Assembly (NCBI RefSeq): GCF_037042905.1
Contig: NC_087252.1
Location: forward strand, 9,984,001-10,048,000
Length of the DNA: 64,000 bases
Source: Lytechinus pictus
Lineage: Eukaryota
Direction: 5' to 3'
Shown in pieces: positions 46,648-59,839 of the stretch. The notes under the pieces are model-generated. The model ran no database searches, was not told the DNA's origin, and saw only the letters and a program-made list of their open reading frames with translations. How positions within the stretch are numbered: position 1 is the first letter of the stretch; each line of letters opens with the position of its first letter. The position numbers were made by a program, and so were the translations under genes.

Positions 46648-49235
46648 ATGACGCAGGGTAATGTCCCTTTTTTTCCCATGAACTGTCGCGGTCTAATTAA
46701 GAGATAACCGCAAAAGGCAAGATGTTTTATTTTACTTGAAATCAAAGAAATATGATATTTGTTGTATTCAAGATACACATTTTGTTCCTGAAATAGAGAA
46801 TGAAATCCGTAAGGAGTGGGAAGGTAAATGCTTATTTTCTTTCAACACATCCAACTCCAGAGGGGTAGCTATTCTTTTTAAGAAAACCCTCCCTGTTGAT
46901 ATAAATAGATTTAAAGTAGATAACATAGGTAATTTTGTGGTTTTAGATATGTTACTGTATGAACATAATATTACTCTTCCATCGTTGTATGGCCCGAATT
47001 TAGATAATCCGGTATTTTTTTCAAAGATCCAACAAAACATAATAGACTTCGACAATCCACATACGGTAATTTGTGGAAACTGGAATTTACTTCAAGATTT
47101 TACCTTTGATACCTATAACTACTTGCATGTAAATAACCCACGAGCAAAAGAGCAAGTAAACAATATGAAAACTGATTTGGATTTATGCGACCCTTGGAGA
47201 GTTAGATTCCCAGATAAAAGATATTATACATGGCGACAATCCACCCCCTTTAAACAGAGTAGAATAGACTTCTGTTTAATTTCCTCGAAACTCCTTTCAC
47301 TTGTTCAGAAAGTTGGCATTTTCTCAGGTTATCGCACAGATCATTCTTTAGTTTGTCTAAGTCTCAACTTGAATAAGATAAAAAGAGGTCCTGGTTTTTG
47401 GAAATTCAACAATTCACTATTGAAAATGATGACTTTGTTTCTAATATTAAAAAAGTAAAAAAAAGATACGATTGTGATTTTTGCGAGAGACGAAGTAAAA
47501 TTTGATGAAAATAATCGAATAGTAGGTGAGTGTGAATTCACTATAAACGATCAGTTATTTTACGAAACTTTAATGATAATAATACGGGGAGAAGCAATAT
47601 CACATGCCTCCTTTGTAAAAAAAAATATATATGTATAAACAGAGAAAAAGACTTAGAAAAAAAAATTGAAGAGCTGGAAAGAAAACTGGTGATTGACGAC
47701 GATAAGATATCTATTTTGGATCAAATTGGAAAAAGCTAAGTCAGAACTAGAAACATTCCGTTTAAAAACTAATGAAGGGATTGCGATTCGATCTCGGATT
47801 AAGTGGATGGAGTTTGGTGAAAAACCTTGTAAATTCTTTTTAAATTGAGAAAAAAACAGAAGTACATTAATAAAGAAATAAAGTCAGTTATCCACTGAAA
47901 ATGGTGATAATTTAGAAATGCAAAGTGACATAATCAATGAAATATTTAAGTTTTACTCTAATCTTTATGCGGAAAAAGAAACCAACGTAAGCAACTTGTA
48001 ATTATTATTAAATTTTCCTGGCATTCCAAAGTTGTCCCCTCAAATGTCGTCCTTATTGGAGGGTCCTTTAAATGTTGATGAGGTTTTTCCCGTTGTAAAG
48101 CTCATGAAAAATAGTAAATCGCCTGGTCAGGATGGTTTTACAGTAGAATTATATCGTTATTTTTTGGAAAACATTAAACTTCTTTTGTAAGATCATTAAA
48201 TTATGCGTATTTTTCAGGACATATGTCTAATTCACACAAGATGGGAATAATAACTTTAATCCCGAAAGGAAATAAACCCAGACAATTGTTAGGAAATTGG
48301 CGACCTATCTCCCTATTAAATGTTGTCTATAAAATAGCATCCAGTTGTATAGCAGTATAGCAAACAGACTTAAAGGTGTTCTAACTTTTTTAATACATTA
48401 AAACCAAACTGGTTTTTTGAATGGTCGTTTATTGTCGTTTATTCGTTTATTGTATGACACATAACTTTACAGCGAATTTCATGATATAGCTGGCATGCTT
48501 CTCGTTGTTGATTTTGAAAAAGCTTTCGATTCTGTAACACATAATTTTCTTTTCAACGTCCTGGATTTTTTTCGCTTCGGTCCATCCATTAAAAGGTGGA
48601 TAAAACTATTATATACAGACGCAACCTCATGTGTGATTGTACAAATATGTTTAATATAGGAAGAGGGTTTCGTCAAGGAGATCCTTTATCTCCCTATCTT
48701 TTTTGTTAGTCAGTGAGGTTCTTGGTATTTTAATTCGACACTCAGACAAACTAGAGGGAATGCATATTGATGGAAAACACTTAAAGTGTTACAATACGCA
48801 GATGATGCCCTTTTGACACTCAATGGTTCAGAACAGGATTTAAAATGTGCCCTTGATACACTTAATGAATTTGAAAAAAATATCCAACCTTAAAATTAAC
48901 TGAAAATAACTAAAACCCAGGTGATATGGATTGGGAAGAAAAGAACTTTCAAAAAAGAGATTTTACACGAGTACAAACTGAACTGGATTTCGGAAGGATA
49001 TTTTAGGTACCTAGGTATAGACTTTTCAGTTGAACTATCAAAAATTGTTGATTACAATTATCAGGAAAAGTTTAAAGAAATAAAACGTCAGATGGCGGTA
49101 TGGCGAAAGAAAAAAACTTTGACTCCTTTAGGGAGGGTAACCAGTGTTAAATCTATATCAATACCGAAATTAAATTACTTGTTTTTATCTTTTCCTGAAC
49201 CAAAAATAGAAATTATGACTTTTTACCAAAATGAA
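46648..49235 (+). pseudogene. L1/Tx1-like LINE ORF2 (APE + RT), disrupted and 3'-truncated
   Basis: MNCRGL, CCIQDTHF, NSRGVAILF, LYGPN, DPWR, YTW, SRIDF, TDHSLV, GPGFWKFNNSLL; KSPGQDGF, NWRPISLLNVVYKI, DFEKAFDSV, RQGDPLSPYLF, QYADD. Many frameshifts. Confidence 0.92.
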
Positions 49236-50026
49236 TTAATTTCATTTTCGGAAATACGAACCTTATTTAATTTTCGGATTAACGAACCTTATTTCGCTTT
49301 CGGACTAACGAACCTTCGGATTAACGAATCGTATTTCGTTTCGGACTAACGAACCTTCGGAATTACGAACCTCATTTCGTTTTCGGATTAACGAACCTTC
49401 AGAATTACGAACCTCATTTTGTTTTCGGACGGACGAACCTTCGGAATTACGAACCTCATTTTGTTTTCGGACGAACGAACCTTCGGAACTACGAACCTCA
49501 TTTTGTTTTCGGATTAACGAACCTTCGGAATAACGAACCTTCGGAATAACAAAACTTCGGAAATACGAATGTATGCGGATTTATTCATATATATCGGATA
49601 GATATGTTCAAAATTATTATTTCTCATGTCTAAGCTTTTAAAGAATAGGAAGCCATTTTCCTTGTAAACAAAAATTAAGCAATATGAATGACAAAACGTG
49701 TTGATGTTTCAGCTTATCGACGAGGCTACTGCTGTGCTTTTGTTTCAATTAGCCTATACTCACATTTACGATTTTGACATTGGAAGAACTTATAATAATA
49801 CACCCTTCTTGTGTGTCTAACTCATTCGTTTATAGCAATTGATAAAGATTATGAAAACAAACAGAAACACAAAAGCACTGAAGGTTCTGATAACAATAAA
49901 CAAATAATACGCAAACTTTATTAGGAAAAAATCACATTTTGCATTGTAGCAAAACAAATTTTACAGAAATATGTTCAAATTTAATGTATGTAGACCTAAT
50001 TTCTAAACTTATTATGGTAGCCTTAA

Positions 50027-50797
50027 CCCTAAATCTCCCGGGGTATGTTGATTCTTGTCATTCCGGGGGGGGGGGGGGGCATTATGCCCCCCCCCCCCCT
50101 TAAGATCTCGGCCGCCAATCGCACGAGCGACGCAAAAATTTGCACGCTGGTAGTGTGCGATGTAATCTACAAGACTGTATGGTAAAATTTTCAAAAATAA
50201 TGAGATTTTATTTTATATGAATTAATTATGCTAATTTATGCACAAATCATACTTTTTGCTCTAATTCACTAAATAAAGCTCCTATAATGCTAATTTTTGG
50301 TAAAAATATTCTTTGTAGCATTCTTAACAATCGCAATTAAAAAACTTCGGTTTGGAAATCAATTTCTTATGTATTTCATTGTTTTATGAATTTCTTATGT
50401 ATATCTTTTTTTTTTTTTACTTCTTGTTTTTATTGTTTTTTCAATAGAAATCGTTCCAGACTTAACTCTGATCATAAACAAGGCAACATTAATTAAGTTT
50501 AATCAGTAAAAGTAGAAATAATTATACATTTATGGATTTTGGCTAAATACACAATTTGCATAGGATTTGTACATGAAATCACGTTTATGAGCAATTTTGG
50601 GTCTGACATGCACTTATATAATGTTGCGTAATGTCGTAACCGCGTACCCGGGCGTCACAAATTTGGTCTCAAAATTTGTGCGAGACTTGAAAGTAAAAAG
50701 TCAGTGAGCGGTGAGGTCAAGAAAATTCGCGCAGCAGATATATCGCGAAAATTGTCGAGGGGGGGGGGGGGCATTATGGCCCCCGGGAGAATTAGGG
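50027..50797. mobile_element. piggyBac-like MITE
   Basis: TTAA TSD (50023-50026 and 50798-50801); TIR CCCTAAATCTCCCGGGG vs CCCTAATTCTCCCGGGG (16/17). Confidence 0.9.
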
Positions 50798-51509
50798 TTA
50801 AAGGCTACCTTTTCCTTGTAAACAAAATAAATGATAGACAGATACGTTTCAAGTTTTGCGACTCTCTATTCTGAGCTTTATTTTGAACAGTTGATAAAGT
50901 GCCAGGGGAAATTGTAACATGGTGTTACATCTGCACCCGAGGAGGATGGCCACATTTGGAAATGTATTTTTTCTATCATAGCACGAGTGTTTGTCGTTGA
51001 AATGTTATTCAATTCGACTTATGAAGATTTTTTGAAACATACTGAAATTATATTAGCTCAATTACATATTTGTCCATAAGAAAACCATTGTGCGATGTGA
51101 GATATTATAATCCTACTAAAAAGAAGTTATTTTGCTGGAGAAAATTCCACGAGCCATTATATTTGCTTCCACTCGAACAGCATTGGGAGCGATGAAATGC
51201 GCATGCTCTGTAAACAGATGTCTAAAATATACATTGTTCACTGATGACTGGTCCTCGTTTCGCTCTGAGACGAGTATGATTAGGGGCTAGATCAACTCTT
51301 TTGTATTTAGAGTGTACTATTTGCCCTTTTTAGACACTCTGAGATTAATTGTCTTCGTAATTGTGATCCGTTCAAAGAAACCTGTAATTATGTGACATTT
51401 TGAAAGATATGGTTCTATTTTGACAACGCTTATCTTAATCATAACATATATAATTGTATGTTATCTCGTGTTATTTTATTCCCCTACTCAGTCTACCTGT
51501 TTTCCTACA

Positions 51510-53021
51510 CAGTGGCGTAACTACGGGGGGCATGGGGGGCACGTGCCCCCCCCCCCCCCCATCGGCTGGCAAAAAAACGGGGAAAAGGAGAAAAAGAAGG
51601 AAAAGGAAGAGAAACGTAGTGGGGAAAGAAGAAATTATTGTTCATTATAGTGTTATATTATATTATGTTATATAACATAAGAAGCATTTTTACATAACTT
51701 TATGAAACATTATTTGCTTAACTGTGTCTTCATTGTTCCTGGTGCTCGCATAGACTGAAACCTGCTGTACTAAAGCCTCCCGTTTTCAAATCAATATACA
51801 ACAAAATAATATATTTCCTCGCAATTAGAGTTTTTATTGTTTTAAGTAGTGACATATTCTTCTTTTTCATGACTACTGAAAGTGATTGCCCTATTTTAAG
51901 GTCCTTAATAATATAAAACACTTCCTGTCCGTGCTAACGTTTGCATTAGTGGATTGGTGAGATTTCTGCTCTTCATGAACTCCTAAAATCAGTCCTTAAA
52001 ATGCCAATTTTTTTTATCTGAATATCAAAAAATTTTAGCTCGCGCTTCGCGCTCGCATCATTTGGTTAGTGAAATACGTAGGGTCTTAATGAATTCCAAC
52101 AAACAAGCTTTAGAATGCCCCTCTTCAGGTCTGAATTTCCTAGATTTTCAGCTCGCGCTTCGCGCTCGCAGTATTTGATTAGTGAGATGCGTATGATAAT
52201 CATGATTACAATGATTTCAAAAAGTGCTTCACGTGTTTAGATGTAATTCTAACAAAATCAGCAAGCGCTTGGCACTCGCATTAGATGACTATCGTGAGAT
52301 ATGTATACTCTGACTTAATGGATTCCTAACTAAAGTCCTTAAAGTGTCCCTGTTTGGGGTCAATATATACATAAATTTCAGCTCGCGCTTCGCGCTAGCA
52401 TCATTTGGTTAGTCAAATACGTAGGGTCTTAGATAATTTCTACAAACAAGCCTTAGAATGCCTCTCTTCAGGTCTAAATTTCCTAAATTTTCAGCTCGCG
52501 CTTTTGCGCTTGTATTTGATTAGTAAGATGCGTATGATAATCATGATTACAATGACTACAAAAGGTGCTTCATGACTGTGTTTAGATGTAATTCTAACAA
52601 AATCAGCAAAAGATGGCACTAGGATTAGATGACTATGGTGAGATATTTATACTCTTAATGGATTCTAAAATATAATCCTTTAAATTTCCTTGTTTAGGGT
52701 CAATATATACACAAAATTTAGCTCGCGCTTCGCGCTCGCATTGTTTGTTTAGCGAGACAGTTAAGTATCATGATTACAAAAATTTGCTTATAATGTCAAT
52801 TTTTAGCTCTGAATATCAAAAATTTTCAGCTCGCGCTTCGCGCTCGCATTATTTAATCAGTGAGATACATATCCGTTTAATGGCACTGCATGTCTTTAAA
52901 ATATCTCTATTAGGTCAGTATACCTGACAACTGAGCGCGCTTTGCGCGCTCCCTAAGTGACCCGAAATTTTTGCTGGTGCAAACCCCCCCCCCCAATGCC
53001 GTGACCCACGGTACGCCACTG
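51510..53021 (+). mobile_element. hAT-like MITE, copy A
   Basis: TIR CAGTGGCGTA/TACGCCACTG; 8-bp TSD TTCCTACA/TTCCCACA; internal AGCTCGCGCTTCGCGCTCGCA repeats. Confidence 0.9.
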
Positions 53022-54989
53022 TTCCCACATGTACTTTTCCTTTCATTCCTCAACTTGTCGCCATATCTACCTGGATGTTCATTACAGTAGCGTAACGAAT
53101 TCCAAGGGGCAGAATTCCTATTTTGAACTAATGAAACAAAACTCGAATTTTGTGTTATACTTATACATCATATTCAGTGAAGGATATATATATTTTTTCC
53201 ACCTCGCCTCCCCTTTGTTGCTTTTTCTTGGTCGATTTTTTTTCCTGGGGGCATGGCCCCAAGCCCCCCCCCCCTCCCAAACATATGTATGCCATTGCTT
53301 TCTTTCCTCCTCATCTTCACCACATTCCTCTTTATAATCATGCTCACTCTTTTTTCTTTATTCCCCTCTCATTTGTATTGCAATCAAATTATCATTTTCC
53401 GCGTAATATTTTCTAGTGAAATTAAAACGATAGTAGTAGTAGTATTTGAGTAAAATTGAATAACATTGGGAGCGATGTGTTGTTTTGAGTGAAACACATT
53501 TGAGTAAAATTTAATGAAATGTCTTTATTAGAGATCAAGAACCAGGGCCGGCAACCTATAAGGTTAGCCGGCAGGTTGAATTATTACATGATGCATAATA
53601 TTATACATTACAACCATGATACATTATCATTTTACTGTTCGATACAATGATAATAATATTAATTTATAATCAATTCATTCCTTTGGATGATTTCAAGTTC
53701 TTTTTAAATTGTAAAAAAAAGGTTAAAGTCACCATTAGGAATCGTCGGACTTTTGCAAGATACGTGTAACGTAATTACCAACACTGAACACAACTTAAAT
53801 TCAGAGGATGTCCTTTATTCTTATCCCTCTCGCTTCTATAAGCCTGCTTTCCTTATCTTTTTAAGTTTGAGAGAAATGTATATAAATATATTAATAATAA
53901 ATACGTACGTAAAATGCACTTGTTTAATATATACAAGGAAATGTGCTTACCTTATTACAGAGCGTGCTCTGTAAGCAAACCTTTCCTTGCAATAAAGTTG
54001 ATTGACTAAATTTGTTGGCTACTGAATTGTATTTGTCAGAAAATCAGGCGATCTGGTTACAGTATGCAACGGATTGAATAAAGAAGACAATGTTCTCGCT
54101 TGCAAAATTTTGGCAAACAACTTTTCACTTCGGCAGCTTGGTATGAAATAGTTGTCTTCTTTTACTGCAGATAGAACCCTGCGGGCTCTTTTTTTCCTTT
54201 AAGGTAGTCATCTGTGTCGAGGTTACAAAATTGGAAAGCTAAGGGGATTTTTACGAAATTTTAGATGAAAAGAAAAAAATCCGATTTTTTTTAAATTTGG
54301 AATGCACAAAAAAACGAAATGTGCAACAACAGGAGTAAATTTTTTTATTTAAATAATTCGCAAAAAATGATATGAATTCATACCGGGCTATACTCATTAT
54401 AAGAAGTATACACATTATGTACCATTGCCTAATTCCAATGAAGACATTGTAAATATATGTTTGTTGTGTGTGTGTGTGTGTGTGTGTTTAAGCATATACT
54501 GCGATGAAATAAAAGAAATGCAACTGAATAAAATGTATAAGAATTGCGCATTCATTGTGACGTTACTCATTTGCGTTAATCTTGCGGAGCAAAAAAGGAG
54601 TTCTTATCGGACAAATCAAAGTTGTCAGATCTAACAACTTGTCGGATGAACAGAATAATTTTGAGGAAATACTCCCCTGAGAGACGGTCCTCCACAGTCT
54701 ACTCAACACCATACATTAATAGCATCCCCCTCTCCCATACAAAGTCTTTCCATTGTATCCCGTGGCACGGCACATTTTCGTGATTTTTAAAAATGTGCAC
54801 ATTTTGGTAAATTTACCAAAATGTGGGCGGCAATGGCGGCACATTTTCGTAACTTCTGGGATCATTCACTCAATTGTCTGTACTCATTCATTGCATAAAA
54901 AATATACAAAATACTTTGTAAATACACAAGGCAAGGATGGCATTTCAGTTGGCCTCTGTTTTCTAACACCACATTGGCTAAAACCATTT

Positions 54990-56310
54990 GGTTTACCATT
55001 AATTTCAGGCATTTCCTCCTATAGCCAGTCAGTCTAAGAGCTACTTTGTCCAAAAGCCACTATGTCTAAGAGCTTTTTCGTCCAATAGCCACTTATTCTA
55101 AGAGTCATTTCGTCGAAAAGCCATTTTGTCCAAAAGCCATTATGTCTAAATTAATAGCCATTTCGTCTAATAGCCTCCTCGTCTAATAGGTACTTTATCT
55201 AAATGCCACTTCGTTCAATAAACATTGTCCAATAGCCATTTCATCCAATAGCCAATTGGGCCAAAGCCACTTCGTCCAATCGTCATTTGCACTAATGTCC
55301 TTTGGTCCATATTGGTCCAACACCCACTTGGTCTAATTGGCAGTTGGTCCAACAGCCACTTGATCTGACAGTTGGTCCAATATCCATCTGGTCCATGTAT
55401 AACAAACACGTCAATACTAATAATTCCATGTCAAAATTAACTGACGTCTTGCGCAAGAAAGAGAGAAAGAGGGGGGGGGGGGAGAAAGCGTAAACAGACG
55501 AGACCAAAAACTACAGCTCTTCAAAAACATTATGTATTAATGGACATTACTCTAACCAATTCCGTTTGCTTTTGTTTTAAAATCAGAGTCATAGAATACA
55601 ACCCTACTGAATGGAATCAAATAAGGCAAAACAAATAATTGAATCTCCAATACATGTATCTAATTATATTCATTAAAAACTCTGAATATAAAAAAAGCGT
55701 AAGAAGAAGGGGGGGGGGAATCATATATATGCGTATTTTGTTTTGTTATTGTTCTTAGAAATTACCAGAGTTAAACCTCGGTTATGTAGATATGACTTAA
55801 ATTTGCACAAGCATGAAGTCTGGTTTCCCATAAATTGTTGGACAAATTCCAAATGATTTTATGTTTATAAGGACAATAAATTGCAACATCAAAGGTGATT
55901 ACATGTAAATTTAAGAAAACTGGACATAAGCTGAATTGTAATTTCATAATAAATCGCTATTTGTGTCTAAACAAGAGTTATCATATTGTTGTGTGTTTCA
56001 TTTTATTCCACACTTTGGGGGGGGGGGGACTCATTCACCCATGGATCCGCGCCTTCCCCCAGTAACGGTTAATAGGCAAAGTGGGAATTACACCAAATGG
56101 GTATTGGACCAAGTGGATATGGGACAAATTGTCAATTGGCTTTTAGACGAAGTGACTATTGGACGAAATGGTTCTTACAGCTCAGACGAAGTGATGAAAT
56201 GGCTCTTAGACCAACTGGCTCTCGGACGAAATTACTATCAAATGATATTGGAACAAGCGGCATTAAAAGATATAGTCATTGGACGAAATGGCATTGGATG
56301 TAGAGGCAAA
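54990..56310. repeat. Inverted pair of ~16-bp tandem arrays (probable TIR element)
   Basis: (T)AGCCA(C/T)TTCGTCCAA units at 55020-55395 face TTGGACGAAATGG units at 56090-56300. A similar unit begins at ~63920. Confidence 0.6.
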
Positions 56311-56755
56311 TCACCCTCACGCTCACTGACAAATATTACCACTGACTTGGTCTCTAACCCAATACCAAAATTATCAATCTTTACTCCATTATAATCGTCA
56401 AGTCTGGTTTTGATATTGTTGCCAAAATGTGCATATTGTAGAAAATGAGCAGGCACATCACATTATAAATGCACATTTTGGTAAAGAAAAATAAAATCCT
56501 GGCACCATCGGCATATTTTGGTAACAAATTGTTTTACCAAAACGTGCAATAACATAGTTACGGCACATTTTGGTAAATTGCACTTTTTCGTAATTTACCC
56601 AAATGTGGCGTAACATCCCCTAAACAAAAAAGATAATCATTTGCGGTGACGGCCGTGTTTACACACCTTATTCAATCCCTTTGCATGATTGGGTTTTCCC
56701 CGGGATCTCACATTGTGCTGTCATTGCTCAGTTTCTTATTTTTAATGAAAAATAA

Positions 56756-56818
<63 letters not shown>

Positions 56819-56819
<1 letters not shown>

Positions 56820-57891
56820 AGTGGCAACCGTGGGTCACGTCATTGGGGGGGGGCACCAGCTAAATTTTTGAGTCACTTAGGAACCGCGCGAAGCGCGCTC
56901 AGTTGCCAATTATACTGACCTAATATAGAAAATTTTAGGACATGCAGTGCCATTAACGGATATGTATCTCACTGATTAAATACTGCGAGGGCGAAGCGCG
57001 AGCTAAATTTTTTTTTATTCAGACCTAAAAAGTGACATTATAAGCAATTTGTTTGTAATCATGATACGTACTTGTTTCGCTAAACAAACAATGCGAGCGC
57101 AAAGCTCGAGCTGAAATTTTTGTATATATTGACCCCAAACAGGGACATTTTAAGGACTATATTTTAGGATTCCATTAAGAGAATAAATATCTCAGCATAG
57201 TCATCCAATGATAGTGCCGTCCTTTGCTGATTTCGTTAGAATTACATCTAAACACATGAAGCACTTTTTATGTAATAATGATTATCATATGCATCTCACT
57301 AATCAAATACTGCGAGCGCAAAGCGCGAGCTGAATTCTCTTTTATATTCAGATCAGAAAAAATGACATTTTAAGGACTGATTTTAGGAATTCATGAAGAG
57401 CAGACATCTCACCAATCAACTAATGCGAACGTGAGCACGAACAGGAAATGTTTGATATTAAGACCTTAAAATAGGGCAATCACTTTAAGTAGTCATGAAA
57501 AAAAAGCAAATGTCACTACATAAAACAATAATAACTGGAATAGCGAGGAAATATATTTGGTGTATATTGATAAAAAAATGGGAGATTTTAGTACAACAGG
57601 ATTATATATCTCGTTAAACAATCTAAGCGAGCACCAGGAACAATGAAGACATAGGCCCTGAGCAAATAATGTTTCATAAAGTGATGAAAAAATGCTTCTT
57701 ATGTATAAATATAACATAATATAATATAACATTATAATGAACAATAATTTTTTCTTTCCCACTACGTTTCTCTTCCTTTCTTCCTCTTTTTCTCCTTTTC
57801 CCCGTTTTTTTTTTTTTTTTTTTTTTTTTTTTTGGGGGGGGACCAGCCAATGTGCCCCCCATGCCCCCCCCCCCGTATAGTTACGCCACTG
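56819..57891 (-). mobile_element. hAT-like MITE, copy B (inverted relative to copy A)
   Basis: CAGTGGC...TACGCCACTG; perfect 8-bp TSD TATATATC (56811-56818 and 57892-57899). Revcomp aligns with copy A minus some internal units. Confidence 0.9.
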
Positions 57892-58895
57892 TATATATCA
57901 GAAATGCGAAACAAATGATAACATTCACGAGTAATGCAGGTTTGCAATGCCAACAAGTTTGTTTTAATTATTATTATCATTATTATTATTATTATTATCA
58001 TCATTATCATTATTATTTTTATTTGCGGCTCTGCCCAGTGCTAACTTAAGAAAAGAATTGTCGACCTCGTCTCTCATAATGAATAATGGTGACACATTTA
58101 TTGAGAACCGACATTTACGAACAATACAATCTCACATACAGTTTATCCTGATAAAAACGATGACTTGTTGTGTGAAGTTAATAATTTTGTTTGTATAGAT
58201 TTGACACTATGTTGGTATAATGAACGTGTAATTCGCGAAATATATTCATTGCTATGTTTGCTGTACAGTTAGATCCTCACTTGTCGTATAATTTTACTTC
58301 CTGATCGTGACTTTGCCATGTTTGCGTGCATATGTGTCAGTTTGCTGTTTAAAAACGATTAAAGCAAAACATATATTTATATGATACATGCTACACAATT
58401 GGGGTTTATGCTAAAAGGGATTTATTGTTTGTCACTCGTTGAATCAATGAATACATTAAATAAAAATACATTAATTGAAGTATTATATTCTACAAATTTA
58501 CGATTCAACACTAAATTTCGAGTAATGGATTAAATGAAGAATTCTAATGAAGCGAGGAGCCACAATAATGATTAAACTTTTTAAAAAATTACATCAACCG
58601 GCATAATTATGTTTTCCATTTTGCCAAGGATTGGGATGGACTCAATTCTTATTCAGTTAAATATTAAATTATATTCTTATTTTGATTTGAAATATAATGA
58701 AACTGTTGAAAAACGGTCTCAGTCTCCTAGATTCAACTTAAATCAGAAAATGTCTCTAGCCATACTAATGACAAATTTTTGTTAGTTTATTTATTAATTT
58801 GTATGTGTATACATGTTAATGCATCTTCTTATCAATGTGAATTAGTGTATTCCATGTTCACGTTACATATTGTTTTTTCAACATGTTTTTTTTTC

Positions 58896-58995
58896 TTAGA
58901 ACTTGTTCCAAAAGAAGGTTAACAGAGAAAGTATAATCATCAGACTGCAGTTCATATTGACGTTGGTGGCGGCATTGCAGAAATCTCCAGAACAA
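58896..58995 (-). CDS. Ly6/uPAR (three-finger) GPI-anchored protein, last coding exon
   Basis: Acceptor catgcag|T TGT; encodes SCSGDFCNAATNVNMNCSLMIILSLLTFFWNKF* (CN motif plus hydrophobic tail); 100 nt, phase 2. Confidence 0.9.
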
Positions 58996-59652
58996 CTGCA
59001 TGGTTTGAAATAAAGCAAAAATGGAGGGAAATTACATGCGTTATCAGGCAAGCTTGATTTGAATAAGTGTAATTGACGTACAGATATTAAAGAAAAAGGT
59101 ATTATGAGAGCGTCTGAGGTTAAGTTAGCTAAATTGTGTTTATGTTTTGTTTGATCTTTCTTTCCTAAAAAGTAACAGAAATGACATCAGTGAAAGTCGA
59201 AAGTTTAGTAGAAGCATTCATGGCACAAATGAAGTATTTGTAATTATGTGAGGATTTTGTTTCCCCAATTGTTATATTCAATCCGAAACACAACAGATGT
59301 GTTTTTATGATAAGAATCACTAAAATCTTATTGATTGAAGTTGCATGTGGTGACATGTGACGCTTCGCCTCATTGGCCGACTCACGATCACGGGGTGTAT
59401 ATATACATATCAATATTTACCAATGAAATTCCGAGTTGAATACCACGTAAACGTTGACTCTTCGGCATGACTTCGAGTCAGATTTTTTTTTATTTTAACA
59501 CCTTGGTTTTGGTGGAAGATGCGATGTATAAATAACCTGTCATGAACTGGTGAATTCCACATTTAAAATCAGTTACGCATTCGTCTCACCGGATGTTTTT
59601 CCTTTCTTTAATAGGCTCAAAGACAAAAAAAAATCACCATTGTTTTTCTCAC

Positions 59653-59839
59653 CTGCAAGCTTTTCCAGATAGTACCTCGTCCCAATCGAGGCTCTTCCCA
59701 ATCCGATAATCAATGCCATCCTTATACGGCAGAAGATACTCAAGGACTGAGCCAGGTGAAGCCTCGCAGCCAGCAGAGTGACTTGATGTACCACATCCCA
59801 TATATATCACATGGAAGGATCCCCACTGTGTATTGCCTC
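59653..59839 (-). CDS. Ly6/uPAR protein, coding exon 3
   Basis: Acceptor catacag|GA, donor TGC AG|GTGAGA; 187 nt, phase 1-2. Encodes GGNTQWGSFHVIYMGCGTSSHSAGCEASPG...DWDEVLSGKAC. Confidence 0.88.

Larger units (their letters stand above)
43767..49578. mobile_element. TIR element with inverted TTCCGAAGGTTCG subterminal arrays enclosing 5.8 kb
   Basis: CCGCATACATTCGTAATTCCGAAG at 43767 and CTTCGGAAATACGAATGTATGCGG ending at 49578. Arrays at 43775-43930 and 49245-49570 are mutual reverse complements. No clear TSD. Confidence 0.7.

Noticed and set aside
43775..49570. TTCCGAAGGTTCG short-repeat arrays as CRISPR-like repeats
   Set aside because: The units are contiguous with no variable spacers and form inverted subterminal arrays of a TIR element.
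25144..58896. Ly6/uPAR and YWTD exons as one fused gene
   Set aside because: The Ly6 gene ends in a GPI-type tail and stop at 58896, and the propeller has its own ATG and signal peptide.
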